Positions 37,008 to 48,020 of a stretch of 56,882 nucleotides of DNA are shown here, in pieces. The DNA is taken from the IMG/VR virus record IMGVR_UViG_3300035136_000021, positions 1 to 56,882 of that record. One strand, 5' to 3'. This DNA is from a virus. Its lineage: Duplodnaviria > Caudoviricetes. The notes under the pieces were generated by a model, which did not search any database, was not told where the DNA came from, and saw only the letters and a program-made list of their open reading frames with translations. The position numbers and the translations under genes are program-made. Position 1 is the first letter of the stretch. The number at the start of each line of letters is the position of its first letter.

Positions 37008-37478
37008 ATGAATACAGAATACATATTAGGGAATATAAAAACTATTTTAGAAACATATATTGATACTGAAATAGATACAATAGAAATAGAATCAAATAGT
37101 TCAACTTTATTGGATAATATAGCTGAATTTAAATTAGGTGAATTTATTGATCCAAATATTCTTACATTATTTCCTAGTATATGTATTTATAGCCCTGGTT
37201 CAGATAGTAAAAATGATTATCAAAATTTTCAAGAACGTGAAGTAACTATTAATATTTTAACATGGATTGTTGAAAATGATTTAGAAAACTTACATCGATT
37301 TATTTCAAGATGTTCTGATGCAATACAAAGAGTCTTAAGGACTGAAAGTTATTATAATAATAATGATATATATAATCCTATAATAAAAAAGGCAGAAAAC
37401 ACGGATCTTTACAAACGAGATGTTGGTTATGCACAAGGTCTTTTAGTTACTATGACTGTTAATTATTTAATGAGTTAA
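37008..37478 (+). CDS. Probable tail terminator
   Basis: Position before the tail tube gene; FP.I.I motif. Confidence 0.6.
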   Translation: MNTEYILGNIKTILETYIDTEIDTIEIESNSSTLLDNIAEFKLGEFIDPNILTLFPSICIYSPGSDSKNDYQNFQEREVTINILTWIVENDLENLHRFISRCSDAIQRVLRTESYYNNNDIYNPIIKKAENTDLYKRDVGYAQGLLVTMTVNYLMS

Positions 37479-37503
37479 AAAAAATCAGAAAGGAGTTGAT
37501 ACA

Positions 37504-38379
37504 ATGGATCCAAGTAATATACATGCAGGAGCAGGGACGTTAACACTAAATCCTGATTCAGAACCAGTAAGTTTTGATAGTTCGAATGATGGAGCAACAT
37601 TAACATATACGGCGGAATTAGAACCAATTGTAGTTGATCAACATTTAAGTCCTGTAGGTTATTTTGTACCTGGTGAAGAATGTACATTTGAAATGATGGT
37701 AGCAGAAGCAACAGCGACTTATATAAGATATGTGTTAGGTGCTACTGATCAAAGTGTAACTACACAAAGTGCGGATGGAGACAATAAAGCATATACCGAA
37801 ATAAAATTTGGCGGTAATTATACATTAACAGATTATGTTTTAGAATATAAAGCGAAACGAAGAAATGCATCAAACTGTTATGTTGTAATAAGACTTTATA
37901 AAGTAAATATAAGTCCTAATGCAGAATTCGCTTATAAAAAAGATGGAGTATCTTTTTATAAGATTACTTTTAAGGCCAAAGCGGATACAACAAAAACCGT
38001 TGGGCAAAATTTAGGTTATTATAGGTTTGAAACAAGCGATGTCACAGGTGGGACCGCTACATTAGCAGTATCATCAACAGATCCTGCGGATACTGATGAT
38101 GATGTTGGAGTTGATGAAAGTATTGCAATAGTATTTAATAGAAATGTAAAACCAGAATCAATTATAGGAGGTAATTTCATACTTATGACAGATGCTGGTG
38201 TTGAAAAAGCTTGTACTGTAGCATTTACAGGTGATGCAGGTACAAATGTAACGGTAACACCAACAAGTAATTTAACAGGGACGACCACTTATTTACTTGT
38301 AATTAGTGCAAATGTTAGGGCCCTTGATGATAATACACCGATGGCTGCGGATGAAATAGTAGATTTCACAACTGTTTAA
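37504..38379 (+). CDS. Major tail tube protein with C-terminal Ig-like domain
   Basis: I.AGAG.L N-terminus; C-term V.ST.P...V.....I...F, TP...L...T.Y, FTT. Confidence 0.8.
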   Translation: MDPSNIHAGAGTLTLNPDSEPVSFDSSNDGATLTYTAELEPIVVDQHLSPVGYFVPGEECTFEMMVAEATATYIRYVLGATDQSVTTQSADGDNKAYTEIKFGGNYTLTDYVLEYKAKRRNASNCYVVIRLYKVNISPNAEFAYKKDGVSFYKITFKAKADTTKTVGQNLGYYRFETSDVTGGTATLAVSSTDPADTDDDVGVDESIAIVFNRNVKPESIIGGNFILMTDAGVEKACTVAFTGDAGTNVTVTPTSNLTGTTTYLLVISANVRALDDNTPMAADEIVDFTTV

Positions 38380-38402
38380 AATAAAAAAAGGAGTTTATTG
38401 AT

Positions 38403-38864
38403 ATGAATAAAAACGAGAAACTTAAAATTTATGATAAATTTAAACAAAGATCTGAAAAGGAAATATTAACAAATAAAGGAGAAACTTTTAGTTTTGGTAA
38501 AAAATTTGAGGGTATAACTTTATATGAATTAGATTGGGATAGTTCAAATACTTTAGAAGATGTTATTATTGATATTGTTGAAAGTTTTTCAAAAGAGTTA
38601 CAATTTAATATTGACATGAACGATCCAACTAAAAGTTTAAAAAACTTTGATTTTCCTGTGTTGTTAAAAAAAATTAGTAAAAAATTATTAAGAGAAGATA
38701 TATTAAAATTAGCTGAAATAGTATCAGAAGGTAAAGTTACTTTAGAATCTATTAAAGAATATAAAGTATCGAAAAATCAAGTTATCGATATTGTTATGAA
38801 TGGAATACTTTTGAATAATAGTCACATAAAAAACTTAATAACCCTAGGAATGACATTGAAATAA
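38403..38864 (+). CDS. Tail assembly chaperone (G)
   Basis: Between tail tube and tape measure genes; slippery A-AAA-AAC at 38828-38834. Confidence 0.75.
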   Translation: MNKNEKLKIYDKFKQRSEKEILTNKGETFSFGKKFEGITLYELDWDSSNTLEDVIIDIVESFSKELQFNIDMNDPTKSLKNFDFPVLLKKISKKLLREDILKLAEIVSEGKVTLESIKEYKVSKNQVIDIVMNGILLNNSHIKNLITLGMTLK

Positions 38865-39130
38865 AATTAGAAAATGATGTTTTTGACTGGGGTGATATTT
38901 TTGATTTGTTAATGCATGAATATTCTATGAAAATTAAAGATATTATAAAATTAACAAAAAGTCAAATTTTATTATTAGTCGAAAAAATTAAAAAAAGAAT
39001 AAAAAGAAATCAGGATTTTCAAATTTCTTTACATGGTGGTAAACCTAAAAATGAAGGTCTTAATGTAAAAGGAGCAACACCAATCGAACACGTAATTGAA
39101 AATCAAATAAATGATAAAAAAACAATTTGA
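38834..39130 (+). CDS. Tail assembly chaperone -1 frameshift extension (GT)
   Basis: The -1 frame is open from the slippery site to 39130. Confidence 0.72.
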   Translation, partial: LNNPRNDIEIKLENDVFDWGDIFDLLMHEYSMKIKDIIKLTKSQILLLVEKIKKRIKRNQDFQISLHGGKPKNEGLNVKGATPIEHVIENQINDKKTI

Positions 39131-39180
39131 CCGATTAAAAGAATCGGTCAACTTTATTAAGAAAGGAGGGTTTTTTTACA

Positions 39181-41895
39181 ATGGCAAGTTTAGGTGAATT
39201 AATGTTACGTTTAACACTTCGAGGTGCATCTAATGTAACATCAGGATTAAACAGTGTTATGGGAAGTTTAGGTGGAATTGTTCCTATAGGTCTTAAAGCA
39301 GCTAAAGTCTTAGGTGAGATCGCTTTAGCAGGTATCAAAACAGCTATGAAATTTGATCAACAAATGTCTAGAGTTAAAGCTATATCAGGAGCTACCGGGG
39401 ACGAATTTCAACAATTAAGAGACAAAGCACTAGAAATGGGATCAAAAACAATGTTTACGGCATCAGAAACGGCTCAAGCGTTTGAATACATGGGTATGGC
39501 AGGATGGAAAACATCAGATATGATGAGCGGTATTAGTGGTGTAATGAATTTAGCCGCAGCATCTGGTGAAGATTTAGCACTCGTATCTGATATAGTGACC
39601 GATGGAATAACAGCGATGGGTCTTACTGCAAAAGATACAGATATGTTTGTTGATAGTTTAGCTGCAGCAGCAACTAATAGTAATACAAATATTGCCAAAA
39701 TGGGAGAAACTTTCAAATACGCTACACCATTAGCAAATAGCCTAGGATATAATGTAAAAGACTTAGCGGTAGGGATTGGTTTGATGGCTAATGGTGGAAT
39801 TAAAGCAAGTCAAGCAGGTACAAGTTTGAGGATGGGATTGAAAAGATTAGCAGCACCACCAAAAGCAGCAGCAGCAGCGATGGATAAATATGGTATATCA
39901 TTAAAAGATGCAAATGGTAAAATAATGCCGATGTCTCAATTGATGGAACAATTAAGAGGTAAATTAAAAGGTTTGTCTAAAGATGAAAAGATTTCAGCAG
40001 CATCTGCTATTTTTGGAGCTAACGCTATGAGCGGATGGTTAAATGTTATTAATGCATCTGATAAAGATTTTAATAAATTAACTAAAGCTTTGCAAAATAG
40101 TGACGGAGCTGCGGCTAAAATGGCAGAAACAATGCAAGATAATCTTGCCGGTCAAATTACAATAATAAAATCTACAATTGAAGGATTGTTAATAAAAATT
40201 GGGGATCAATTTACTCCAATTTTGAGAGAATTGGCTAAAGCTTTACAAGTTGTTGGTGATTATTTAAATACAAATTTTGAAACAATTTTAATGAGTATTC
40301 ATGATTTAATCCATGGTTTAATTGTAAATGGTTTTCAACCATTTCGAGAAAATGTTTTAAATTTATTTCCACCTGAAATGAAAAATACTGTTAATAATAT
40401 TATTAATAAAATCATTGAATTTAGAACAACTTTAGGTAATGTAGTAAATGCTGTTATGAACTTTTTAGCTCCTATCGGTCAAATGTTCAAGGATACTTTT
40501 ACTGCTATAGATTGGACACCTATTTTAAATGGGTTTAATAGAATTAAAGAAAGTGTCCCGTCCTTATTAAATATTTTAAAATTATTAGGTGTGGTTTTAG
40601 GAATAATAGTAGCTGTGATATTGGGGGTAGTAGTTGGTGCTGTTAATGCTTTAATAGCTGTCTTTGATAATGTAATTGGTATGATTGTAAATGTAATAAA
40701 TATATTTACATCATTAATTGATATCATCGTTGGTTTAGTGACTGGTGATTTTGAAACATTAAAACAAGGGTTTATGAATTTATTTGATAGTATAATAAGT
40801 TTAGTAAATAATTTCAAAGATTTAGCACTTGATTTGATTTTTGGATTTGTCGAAGGAGTTATTCAATTTTTCATGTCGTTGTATCATGCATTGGTCGGAG
40901 GTTCTATTATTCCAGATTTAGTTAATGGAATCATTACATGGTTTACTAATTTGAAAGATAAAGCGATTAATCTTATAAATAGTCTGAAAAATAAATTAAT
41001 AAACATATTTAACACCCTTAAAACAGGTGTTACAAATATTATAAATAAAATAAAATCAACAATAATTAATATTTTTAATAGTATAAAAAATAAAGTAGGA
41101 AATGTTATAAATACTCTTAAAACTAATGCAATTAATAAGTTTAATAGCCTTAAGTCAAGTGCAGTAACTGCAATAAGTAATCTTAGGAATAATGTAATTA
41201 ATAAGTTTAATAGCCTTAAATCGAGTGCAGTAAATGCAATAAGTAATCTTAGAACTAATGCAATTAATAAATTTAATAGCCTTAAATCGAGTGCAGTAAA
41301 TGCAATAAGTAATCTTAGGAATAATGTAATTAATAAGTTTAATAGTCTTAAATCAAGTGCTGTAAATGCAATAAGTAATCTTAGGAATAATGTAATTAAT
41401 AAGTTTAATAGCCTTAAATCAAGCGCCGGAAATGTAATAAATAATTTAAAAAGTTCAATAAGTTCTAAATTTAGTACTTTGGCTAGTTCCGCTTTGAAAT
41501 GGGGATCAAATATAATAAATAATTTTGTTTCAGGGCTTAAAAGCAAATTAAGTTCTGTTAAAACTATAGCTTCAAATATTTCATCGACAATTTCAGGATT
41601 TATTGGATTTAAAAGTCCTACTAAAGAAGGAGCTGGGAGATTTGCTGATGAATGGGCACCAAATTTAATGGATATGTTTATTGATGGAATTAATAATTAT
41701 AAAGGTAAATTAAACAATGTGATGTCAGATATTAGTAATAATATGGGAAATGGATTATCTAATGTAGGTTTAAATACAACAGGTAATAAATCAGCTATAA
41801 TTAATATATATGCTGATAGTTTGACGAATGGTAAAAAAGTAGGTCAAGTTTTGGTAAAAGAATTAAATCGTATGGGTGTGAGAACTCATAAATAA
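39181..41895 (+). CDS. Tail tape measure protein (TP901-type core) with 22-aa repeats
   Basis: FDQQMS.V.A.SGA, MAGW, AGT.LR, FKSP...G; 66-bp repeats at about 41110-41430. Confidence 0.95.
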   Translation: MASLGELMLRLTLRGASNVTSGLNSVMGSLGGIVPIGLKAAKVLGEIALAGIKTAMKFDQQMSRVKAISGATGDEFQQLRDKALEMGSKTMFTASETAQAFEYMGMAGWKTSDMMSGISGVMNLAAASGEDLALVSDIVTDGITAMGLTAKDTDMFVDSLAAAATNSNTNIAKMGETFKYATPLANSLGYNVKDLAVGIGLMANGGIKASQAGTSLRMGLKRLAAPPKAAAAAMDKYGISLKDANGKIMPMSQLMEQLRGKLKGLSKDEKISAASAIFGANAMSGWLNVINASDKDFNKLTKALQNSDGAAAKMAETMQDNLAGQITIIKSTIEGLLIKIGDQFTPILRELAKALQVVGDYLNTNFETILMSIHDLIHGLIVNGFQPFRENVLNLFPPEMKNTVNNIINKIIEFRTTLGNVVNAVMNFLAPIGQMFKDTFTAIDWTPILNGFNRIKESVPSLLNILKLLGVVLGIIVAVILGVVVGAVNALIAVFDNVIGMIVNVINIFTSLIDIIVGLVTGDFETLKQGFMNLFDSIISLVNNFKDLALDLIFGFVEGVIQFFMSLYHALVGGSIIPDLVNGIITWFTNLKDKAINLINSLKNKLINIFNTLKTGVTNIINKIKSTIINIFNSIKNKVGNVINTLKTNAINKFNSLKSSAVTAISNLRNNVINKFNSLKSSAVNAISNLRTNAINKFNSLKSSAVNAISNLRNNVINKFNSLKSSAVNAISNLRNNVINKFNSLKSSAGNVINNLKSSISSKFSTLASSALKWGSNIINNFVSGLKSKLSSVKTIASNISSTISGFIGFKSPTKEGAGRFADEWAPNLMDMFIDGINNYKGKLNNVMSDISNNMGNGLSNVGLNTTGNKSAIINIYADSLTNGKKVGQVLVKELNRMGVRTHK

Positions 41896-41906
41896 GGGTG
41901 ATATAA

Positions 41907-43376
41907 ATGGGTTTAAGACATGTATATATAAATGGTGATAAAGATACTGGTACAGAAATACTTATAAAAAAAGATAATTTTACAGTTACAGAATCTTTAG
42001 GATCAAAGTCAACTTTTGATTTTGTTGTAGAAGATGATAATAGTGAAGATATTAATACTAGTTGTGAAATCACATTATATGAAGATACAACATATCTATG
42101 GGGCGGTAGTATTATTGATGTTAAAGATGAATCTAAAAAAATAAATAGACTTGAATATACTGTAAGTTGTGAAGATTATAATGAATTGGTTGAAAGAATT
42201 TTAATTATTAAAGCTTTTATCAATTATTCTATTGAAGATATGGTAAACTATTTAATTTATAATTTTTTTGATGATTATGATATAACTGCAGGTACTATTA
42301 ATGCTACAACAATTATAAATAAAGTAACTTTTAATTATGTATATGGTCATGAGGCTTTAAATCATTTAAGAGATTTTGGAAATTATGTATGGTATATTGA
42401 TAAAAATAAACAATTACATTTTCATGAAATAGGAAATACAACATCAAGTACTCCTATAGTAGATGCATCTTTATCATCCACAATTAATAATTTTAGAAGA
42501 TCTAGAAATATGACAAATTATAGAAATAGACAGTATACAAAAGGATCTGATAGATTATCGATATTACAAGAAAACAAAACCCCAACCCCTTCACCAGATA
42601 GTAACAATCGAGAATTTTTTGTAAAATATAAAATAGGTAAAGAACCAACCGTTGAAGTTGATACTGGTAGTGGATGGGTAACTCAAGTTATGGGGATTAG
42701 AGGACTTGACGATAATAAAACAGGAGTTCAATGGTGGTGGAATTATGGGAGTCCACAAATAAGTCATAATGAAGATGAAACCGTTTTAAGTGATACAGAC
42801 AGTATAAGAGTTAGTTATTATGGTTTAATTCCTTTGATTGTTGTTACTCAAGATTCAACAGAAGTTAATGAAAAAGGATATTATGACGGATATCAATATA
42901 ATAGATTATTAGAAGATACCGTGGATGCTTTACGATATTCAAATCAGCTATTAACAAAATATGCAAATGAAGCAGATACATTTACATTTACAACTTATAC
43001 TAAATTATATACTGTTAATGAATTAGTGAATGTAACTAATACGATTAGAGGAGTTAGTGAAACTTTTCTTATAAAATCGTGTAACTGGGTACCTCGTGGT
43101 AATAATGCCATGTATTATGAATATGAAATAATCGACGGTACACTATTAGGAGGTTGGGAATGTTACTTCAAAAACAATTGGCAAGTATCAAGAATAAATG
43201 TAGAAGATAATGAAGTTATAATATATGTTGAAAATATACCCGAAGAAATAGATATTAATGGTCAATATACTATAACAAATTATACTTCTTTAATTTATCC
43301 AAGTACTACATTATATCCAAGTACTACATTGTATCCAGGTGGGATCGCTGGTGTACCTGTAATAATAAATGATTAA
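41907..43376 (+). CDS. Tail tip/hub protein
   Basis: Follows tape measure gene; WYID..K.LHF motif. Confidence 0.7.
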   Translation: MGLRHVYINGDKDTGTEILIKKDNFTVTESLGSKSTFDFVVEDDNSEDINTSCEITLYEDTTYLWGGSIIDVKDESKKINRLEYTVSCEDYNELVERILIIKAFINYSIEDMVNYLIYNFFDDYDITAGTINATTIINKVTFNYVYGHEALNHLRDFGNYVWYIDKNKQLHFHEIGNTTSSTPIVDASLSSTINNFRRSRNMTNYRNRQYTKGSDRLSILQENKTPTPSPDSNNREFFVKYKIGKEPTVEVDTGSGWVTQVMGIRGLDDNKTGVQWWWNYGSPQISHNEDETVLSDTDSIRVSYYGLIPLIVVTQDSTEVNEKGYYDGYQYNRLLEDTVDALRYSNQLLTKYANEADTFTFTTYTKLYTVNELVNVTNTIRGVSETFLIKSCNWVPRGNNAMYYEYEIIDGTLLGGWECYFKNNWQVSRINVEDNEVIIYVENIPEEIDINGQYTITNYTSLIYPSTTLYPSTTLYPGGIAGVPVIIND

Positions 43377-43398
43377 AAGTTAGTGGGAGTGATTAAAA

Positions 43399-43872
43399 AT
43401 CAAACTAAAAAATAATATAGAAGTAAACGGAAAATTTAAGATTTATAGTATTAAAAATAAAAAGAAAACTAAAATAGCTGAATTTAAAAATTTAATAACA
43501 AATGATGCCCTTGATAAAGTGGCTTATGGATTCATCGGGAATTCATTAGGATATTATTATGAAATAAAATATTTAGCTATAGGTGATGATAACACTGCGG
43601 TGACTGCTAGTGATATTACCCTTGGTAATGAAGTACATAGATCGTATTATGTATTGAGAGAGAGATCTTCTCAAAAAATTATAACAACGGAATTTTATAT
43701 AACTGATAGTGAATTTAATGGAACTATCGAAGAATTAGGAATTTTTTGCGGTAATGAAGCAAGTGATACAACAGATTCAGGAAATCTTTTGAGTCATGTA
43801 TTATGGAGTTATTCTAAATCAAGTTCTGAAGAATTGTTAGTCCAATATGTATTGACAATATCTACAAGTTAA
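43399..43872 (+). CDS. Tail protein (collar-like), probably with an ATC start
   Basis: Frame open from 43393; GGAG RBS 9 nt before ATC; NLIT, YLAIGD......D..LGNE, EELGIF. Confidence 0.65.
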   Translation: MKLKNNIEVNGKFKIYSIKNKKKTKIAEFKNLITNDALDKVAYGFIGNSLGYYYEIKYLAIGDDNTAVTASDITLGNEVHRSYYVLRERSSQKIITTEFYITDSEFNGTIEELGIFCGNEASDTTDSGNLLSHVLWSYSKSSSEELLVQYVLTISTS

Positions 43873-43882
43873 GGAGATTAAA

Positions 43883-44284
43883 ATGAACACAATAACACAA
43901 AATTTTAAAATAAAAGAAAAAGATAAAAATGGAGATAAATTGAAGGATGAATTTATTTTGAATTGTGAGGCTTTATTTGCTAAATCTATATTAGATTTAG
44001 TTAAAGAAAAAGGAAATGAAATAACAATAAAGAAAGTATTATATAGTAGACAAAATATTGAAGAAGAAGAAAATATAATTGTTAATGATGAAGGTAAACA
44101 AAAGATAGTTAAAGATAAGAAAAAAATAGATTGTTATAATTGTACTGCTTTAATTCAAATTTTAAAAATTACAGATAATACTTTTAGAAATAATAAAAGA
44201 TGTATAAGATCTCTAGAATCTAGAGTATCTTTAAATTCTAATAATGAAATTAGTATTAACAGTAGGAGTGATATACATGGCTAA
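43883..44284 (+). CDS. Hypothetical protein in the tail module
   Basis: AAGGAG RBS. Confidence 0.55.
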   Translation: MNTITQNFKIKEKDKNGDKLKDEFILNCEALFAKSILDLVKEKGNEITIKKVLYSRQNIEEEENIIVNDEGKQKIVKDKKKIDCYNCTALIQILKITDNTFRNNKRCIRSLESRVSLNSNNEISINSRSDIHG

Positions 44285-45995
44285 TTTTAGTGATTATACC
44301 AAATTAACTTATGTTAATAGTACATCTCCCGCGATCAACGCAACAAATTTAAATAAAAACGAAGATTCTTTAGAACTAATTATGGACGAGTTAAATTATG
44401 CCCATGGATGGACTTTTAAAAATGTATTATCTTATTGTTATAACATGTCAACAAGATGTATTGAAAAATTTTTTGACTTGTCTGACGGTTGGACATTTAC
44501 AGGTACTGTTAACGAATATGATATATTATTCGTAAATGAAATTAAAATTGGTAAATCTGGTATAAGAATGGAAGAAACAGATGCATCTAGTGGAACTTTA
44601 GAAATGTACAAAACTTTAACTACTATTGATTGTACAAGTTACCCTGGAGGCACAACATCATATGATAATGATTATATAGTAATGATATTTCATTTATCAG
44701 ATGCTACAAAATTTTCTAATGTTCAGATAAGATTAGGCAATAATGCTGCTAATTTTTATTACTACAATATGACTTATGCAACAGGTCATAATGTAAGATT
44801 AATTCGAAAATCGGTATTTTCGGTAGGTTCTGGAAGTCCTTCATGGTCAACAATTTCTTACATAAATATTAGAGTTATAACAACTGCAAGTGCAACTGGT
44901 GAATATATCACAATGCAAGGAGTATTTTTAACTCGAAGAGATGCAGTAATAACTGAAAGTACTCCTTGGTTTTTTGATGATGGTCAAGGTAATATGTCGG
45001 ATAAACCATACATCAACAATGCATTGAGCTCCCTGGTATATTATGATGATTATTGTAATAAAATGTGTTATCAATTGCTGGAAGAAAATACATCCCCAGC
45101 ATTTGACGATATAATGTGTGATGTGAACAGTTTCGCCATAAAACTTGAAGCTTATTGTAAATATGATGGTTTTGGTCCTGCCGTCATTTGGTATATTGAT
45201 GCATCTAATTATTTCATCGTGGAAGTTGATAGTAATGCTTTGAATTTTTATGAGTATGTTGGTGCATCAGGTTCAAATGTAGCAACACAAACGTTAGATA
45301 TTACAATAGTACCTAATGATAGGATGGAATTATTTATAGAAAAAACATCCGATAATGTGATAAGAGCATCATTAAATACAGATGGTCAACGGTCTGTATT
45401 TCAAGATTATGAAACTAGTTTTTCTACAACTGCACAAGGATGCGTTGGTTTTGTAAATTCTGCTAGTGGTATGCATTATACAATAACTGATATGGTTATC
45501 GGGTATTCACAAGCTAGTTTACCTAATTTTTTAGGATCATTAGAATTAGGAATTTATAAGTATCAAAATGAATATTTGAATAATAGTACAACCGTACAAA
45601 ATGACAATGCATTATTACTTAAATTACCTCCTAATACTACTTTTGAAATCTTTTTGAATATTATAGCATTGTCATCAAGTGATGTACCAGATATTAAAGT
45701 CAAATGGATACTTACAAACGATTATGAAGTAATAACATATAGAAGTAGTATAGGACCACCAACAAGTGTTTCGAATGTTAGTGATACACAATTAAAAAAC
45801 GGATATTATGATTTTAGTACGGAAATTCCATACGGGATTGATGGTACTGCGAATGAATCATATATTTTTGAAAGATGCGTACTGACAACAGGTAATGATG
45901 GATTAAAAATTCAAATTAGATGGGCTCAAAACACATCGAGCGGAACTGAAACGTGTGTAAGAAAAGGAAGTTATATAAGAGCACGAAAAATTTAA
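44277..45995 (+). CDS. Tail fibre / receptor-binding protein
   Basis: N-term Y.K..Y.N...PAINATNLNK.E; beta-rich; last gene before lysis. Confidence 0.7.
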   Translation: MANFSDYTKLTYVNSTSPAINATNLNKNEDSLELIMDELNYAHGWTFKNVLSYCYNMSTRCIEKFFDLSDGWTFTGTVNEYDILFVNEIKIGKSGIRMEETDASSGTLEMYKTLTTIDCTSYPGGTTSYDNDYIVMIFHLSDATKFSNVQIRLGNNAANFYYYNMTYATGHNVRLIRKSVFSVGSGSPSWSTISYINIRVITTASATGEYITMQGVFLTRRDAVITESTPWFFDDGQGNMSDKPYINNALSSLVYYDDYCNKMCYQLLEENTSPAFDDIMCDVNSFAIKLEAYCKYDGFGPAVIWYIDASNYFIVEVDSNALNFYEYVGASGSNVATQTLDITIVPNDRMELFIEKTSDNVIRASLNTDGQRSVFQDYETSFSTTAQGCVGFVNSASGMHYTITDMVIGYSQASLPNFLGSLELGIYKYQNEYLNNSTTVQNDNALLLKLPPNTTFEIFLNIIALSSSDVPDIKVKWILTNDYEVITYRSSIGPPTSVSNVSDTQLKNGYYDFSTEIPYGIDGTANESYIFERCVLTTGNDGLKIQIRWAQNTSSGTETCVRKGSYIRARKI

Positions 45996-46016
45996 AAAAA
46001 AGGAGATGTTATAAGT

Positions 46017-46220
46017 ATGTGTACTGAAAAATGTAATAAACTAGATACTTTATACAGTTATAAAACGGATATCGAATTATTAAAATTACATGTTAGTCAA
46101 TTGACTAATGATCTAAATGAACTAAATAAAAAATTAGCAATGAATAATAAATTATTGATAACATCTCTTACTGGTATTATCATAGGATTAATAGGGATTA
46201 TTGCAATATTTATAAAATAG
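46017..46220 (+). CDS. Holin-like protein (XhlA-type: coiled coil + C-terminal TM)
   Basis: Topology and position. Confidence 0.6.
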   Translation: MCTEKCNKLDTLYSYKTDIELLKLHVSQLTNDLNELNKKLAMNNKLLITSLTGIIIGLIGIIAIFIK

Positions 46221-46235
46221 AAAGGATGTATTAAT

Positions 46236-46988
46236 ATGGGGATAAAAATAAATGAAATATTAGTAATCTTAGATGATGGTCATGGCTTAGAAACTTTAGG
46301 TAAAAGAACACCTAAATATTCCAATGGTATACAAATAAAAGAAAATGTATTTAATCACGCAACAAAAGAACTTTTAATAAATGAATTAAATAAATTCAAT
46401 ATTAACACATATGACGTAAGTCCTGAAAGAACTGATACATCATTAAAAACAAGAACAGATAGAGCAAATTATAAAATGAATAAAAAAGAATATAATTATT
46501 ATATTTTTATTAGTATTCATTTTAATGCTATAGGGTCATATTGGAACGATAATGTAGGAGGTATAGAAACTTATCATTATCCAGGAAGCGAAAAAGGACA
46601 TATATTAGCTAAAAAAGTACATAATCAATTATTAAAAGGTACTGATTTAAAGGATCGACATGTAAAAAGTGCTAATTTTCATGTATTGAGAGAAACAAAG
46701 ATGCCAGCTATTTTATGTGAATGCGGGTTTATGAGTAATCATATAGAAGCTAATTTGATGAATAATATAAGATATCAAAAAGAATGTGCTAGAGAAATAA
46801 CATCAGGTATTTTTGATTACTTTGAAATAAAAAAACCTAATATCATATCAGAACTTGAAAAATTAACAAAAATAATAAGTCCTCAATATCATAAAACATG
46901 GATGAAACATTTTAATAACTATCCAAATTTAAATTGGTTAGGATTTATTAAAAGTACTTTAGAAAAAGGAAGAAAAACTAATGGGTGA
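46236..46988 (+). CDS. Endolysin, N-acetylmuramoyl-L-alanine amidase (Amidase_3)
   Basis: LDDGHG, E, SL..R...AN, FISIHFNA, VLRET.MPAIL.ECGF. Confidence 0.93.
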   Translation: MGIKINEILVILDDGHGLETLGKRTPKYSNGIQIKENVFNHATKELLINELNKFNINTYDVSPERTDTSLKTRTDRANYKMNKKEYNYYIFISIHFNAIGSYWNDNVGGIETYHYPGSEKGHILAKKVHNQLLKGTDLKDRHVKSANFHVLRETKMPAILCECGFMSNHIEANLMNNIRYQKECAREITSGIFDYFEIKKPNIISELEKLTKIISPQYHKTWMKHFNNYPNLNWLGFIKSTLEKGRKTNG

Positions 46989-47147
46989 AGATATAGAAAA
47001 TGGAAATTATTAAATTAATGATATAATAATATAGTATCAATAAACTTAACTTCTATTATTGCAAAAGAATCTTTAATCTTAATCTTTAATTTTTAAGATT
47101 CTTTTGTACATTGTATTAAAAAAAAATTAAGATGAAGATGAAGAAAA

Positions 47148-47363
47148 ATGAAAAAAAAATTAAATCATATTTTAACACTTAAATCTACATATGTGATTTT
47201 AATATCTCAAATCATCTTGTTATTACAAATATTTAATGTTATTGATATTGAAGGTATTAAAAATACTGAAAGAATTTTAACAATAATTTTAGAAACATGT
47301 ACCATATTAGGTTTTGTTTCTGTATATAATACAAAACCTGAAACAAAGGAAGATTACTTATAA
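47148..47363 (+). CDS. Holin candidate (2 TM)
   Basis: Two hydrophobic segments; next to the endolysin. Confidence 0.6.
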   Translation: MKKKLNHILTLKSTYVILISQIILLLQIFNVIDIEGIKNTERILTIILETCTILGFVSVYNTKPETKEDYL

Positions 47364-47371
47364 AGTAATCT

Positions 47372-47551
47372 CTATTTTTTAATAGTTTTTTGTAATTCAA
47401 AATTAAGATTAAAAATTTGATGAGCTTGTGATTCTATAGTCTTTTGTTGTTCATTGATTTTTTCATAACAAAAATTAAGAGTTATATAATTTGTTATAAC
47501 AATTGCGAATAATACAACAAATATTACATGAATTATTGATATGTTCTTCAA
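47372..47551 (-). CDS. 59-aa TM + coiled-coil protein (MKNISIIHVIFVVLFAIV...)
   Basis: TTG start with AAAGGA RBS; last gene of the minus-strand operon. Confidence 0.55.
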   Translation of the reverse strand: MKNISIIHVIFVVLFAIVITNYITLNFCYEKINEQQKTIESQAHQIFNLNFELQKTIKK

Positions 47552-47570
47552 TTATTTAACATCCTTTCTT

Positions 47571-48020
47571 TTATAAACTAATTAATAAAATAATTAATAA
47601 TATATTTAATATCCAAAAAATATTATATAAGAATTTATCAAATTTAATGGTGATATTCAGTTTACTACACCACATATCACCTATACAATGTGTAATATAT
47701 CCAGTAGAAAAACCTATCATAAATGTATTTCTTATTAGTATAATTAAAAAAATAGCAAATATAATACCAGTTTTACCATGTGTTAAGCCTCGATGTTTTA
47801 AAAATCCTAATTTTCTTAATTTATCATCAAAAAAAGGAATTGATTGAGAAATCCAAGATTTATGAGTATCAATATCTGGAAATATACTACCAAAAATTAA
47901 ACCGGGAATAAATTCAAAATACGATATATGATTAATATAATTTAAATTATAATATTTTGACATTGTTATAAAACTTAAACCAATAGTTATACTATTAGCT
48001 ATATGTGTTTTACTTAACAT
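47571..48020 (-). CDS. YdjM-family membrane metal-dependent hydrolase
   Basis: TH, GS.FPDID, HRGLTH, GY.TH..GD. Confidence 0.88.
   Translation of the reverse strand: MLSKTHIANSITIGLSFITMSKYYNLNYINHISYFEFIPGLIFGSIFPDIDTHKSWISQSIPFFDDKLRKLGFLKHRGLTHGKTGIIFAIFLIILIRNTFMIGFSTGYITHCIGDMWCSKLNITIKFDKFLYNIFWILNILLIILLISL

Noticed and set aside
31790-41546. Long antisense ORFs (31790-32464, 39474-39716, 40479-40817, 40884-41546 and similar)
   Set aside because: Antisense shadows of well-supported structural genes
44277-45995. Diversity-generating retroelement target
   Set aside because: No reverse transcriptase and no template/variable repeat pair seen
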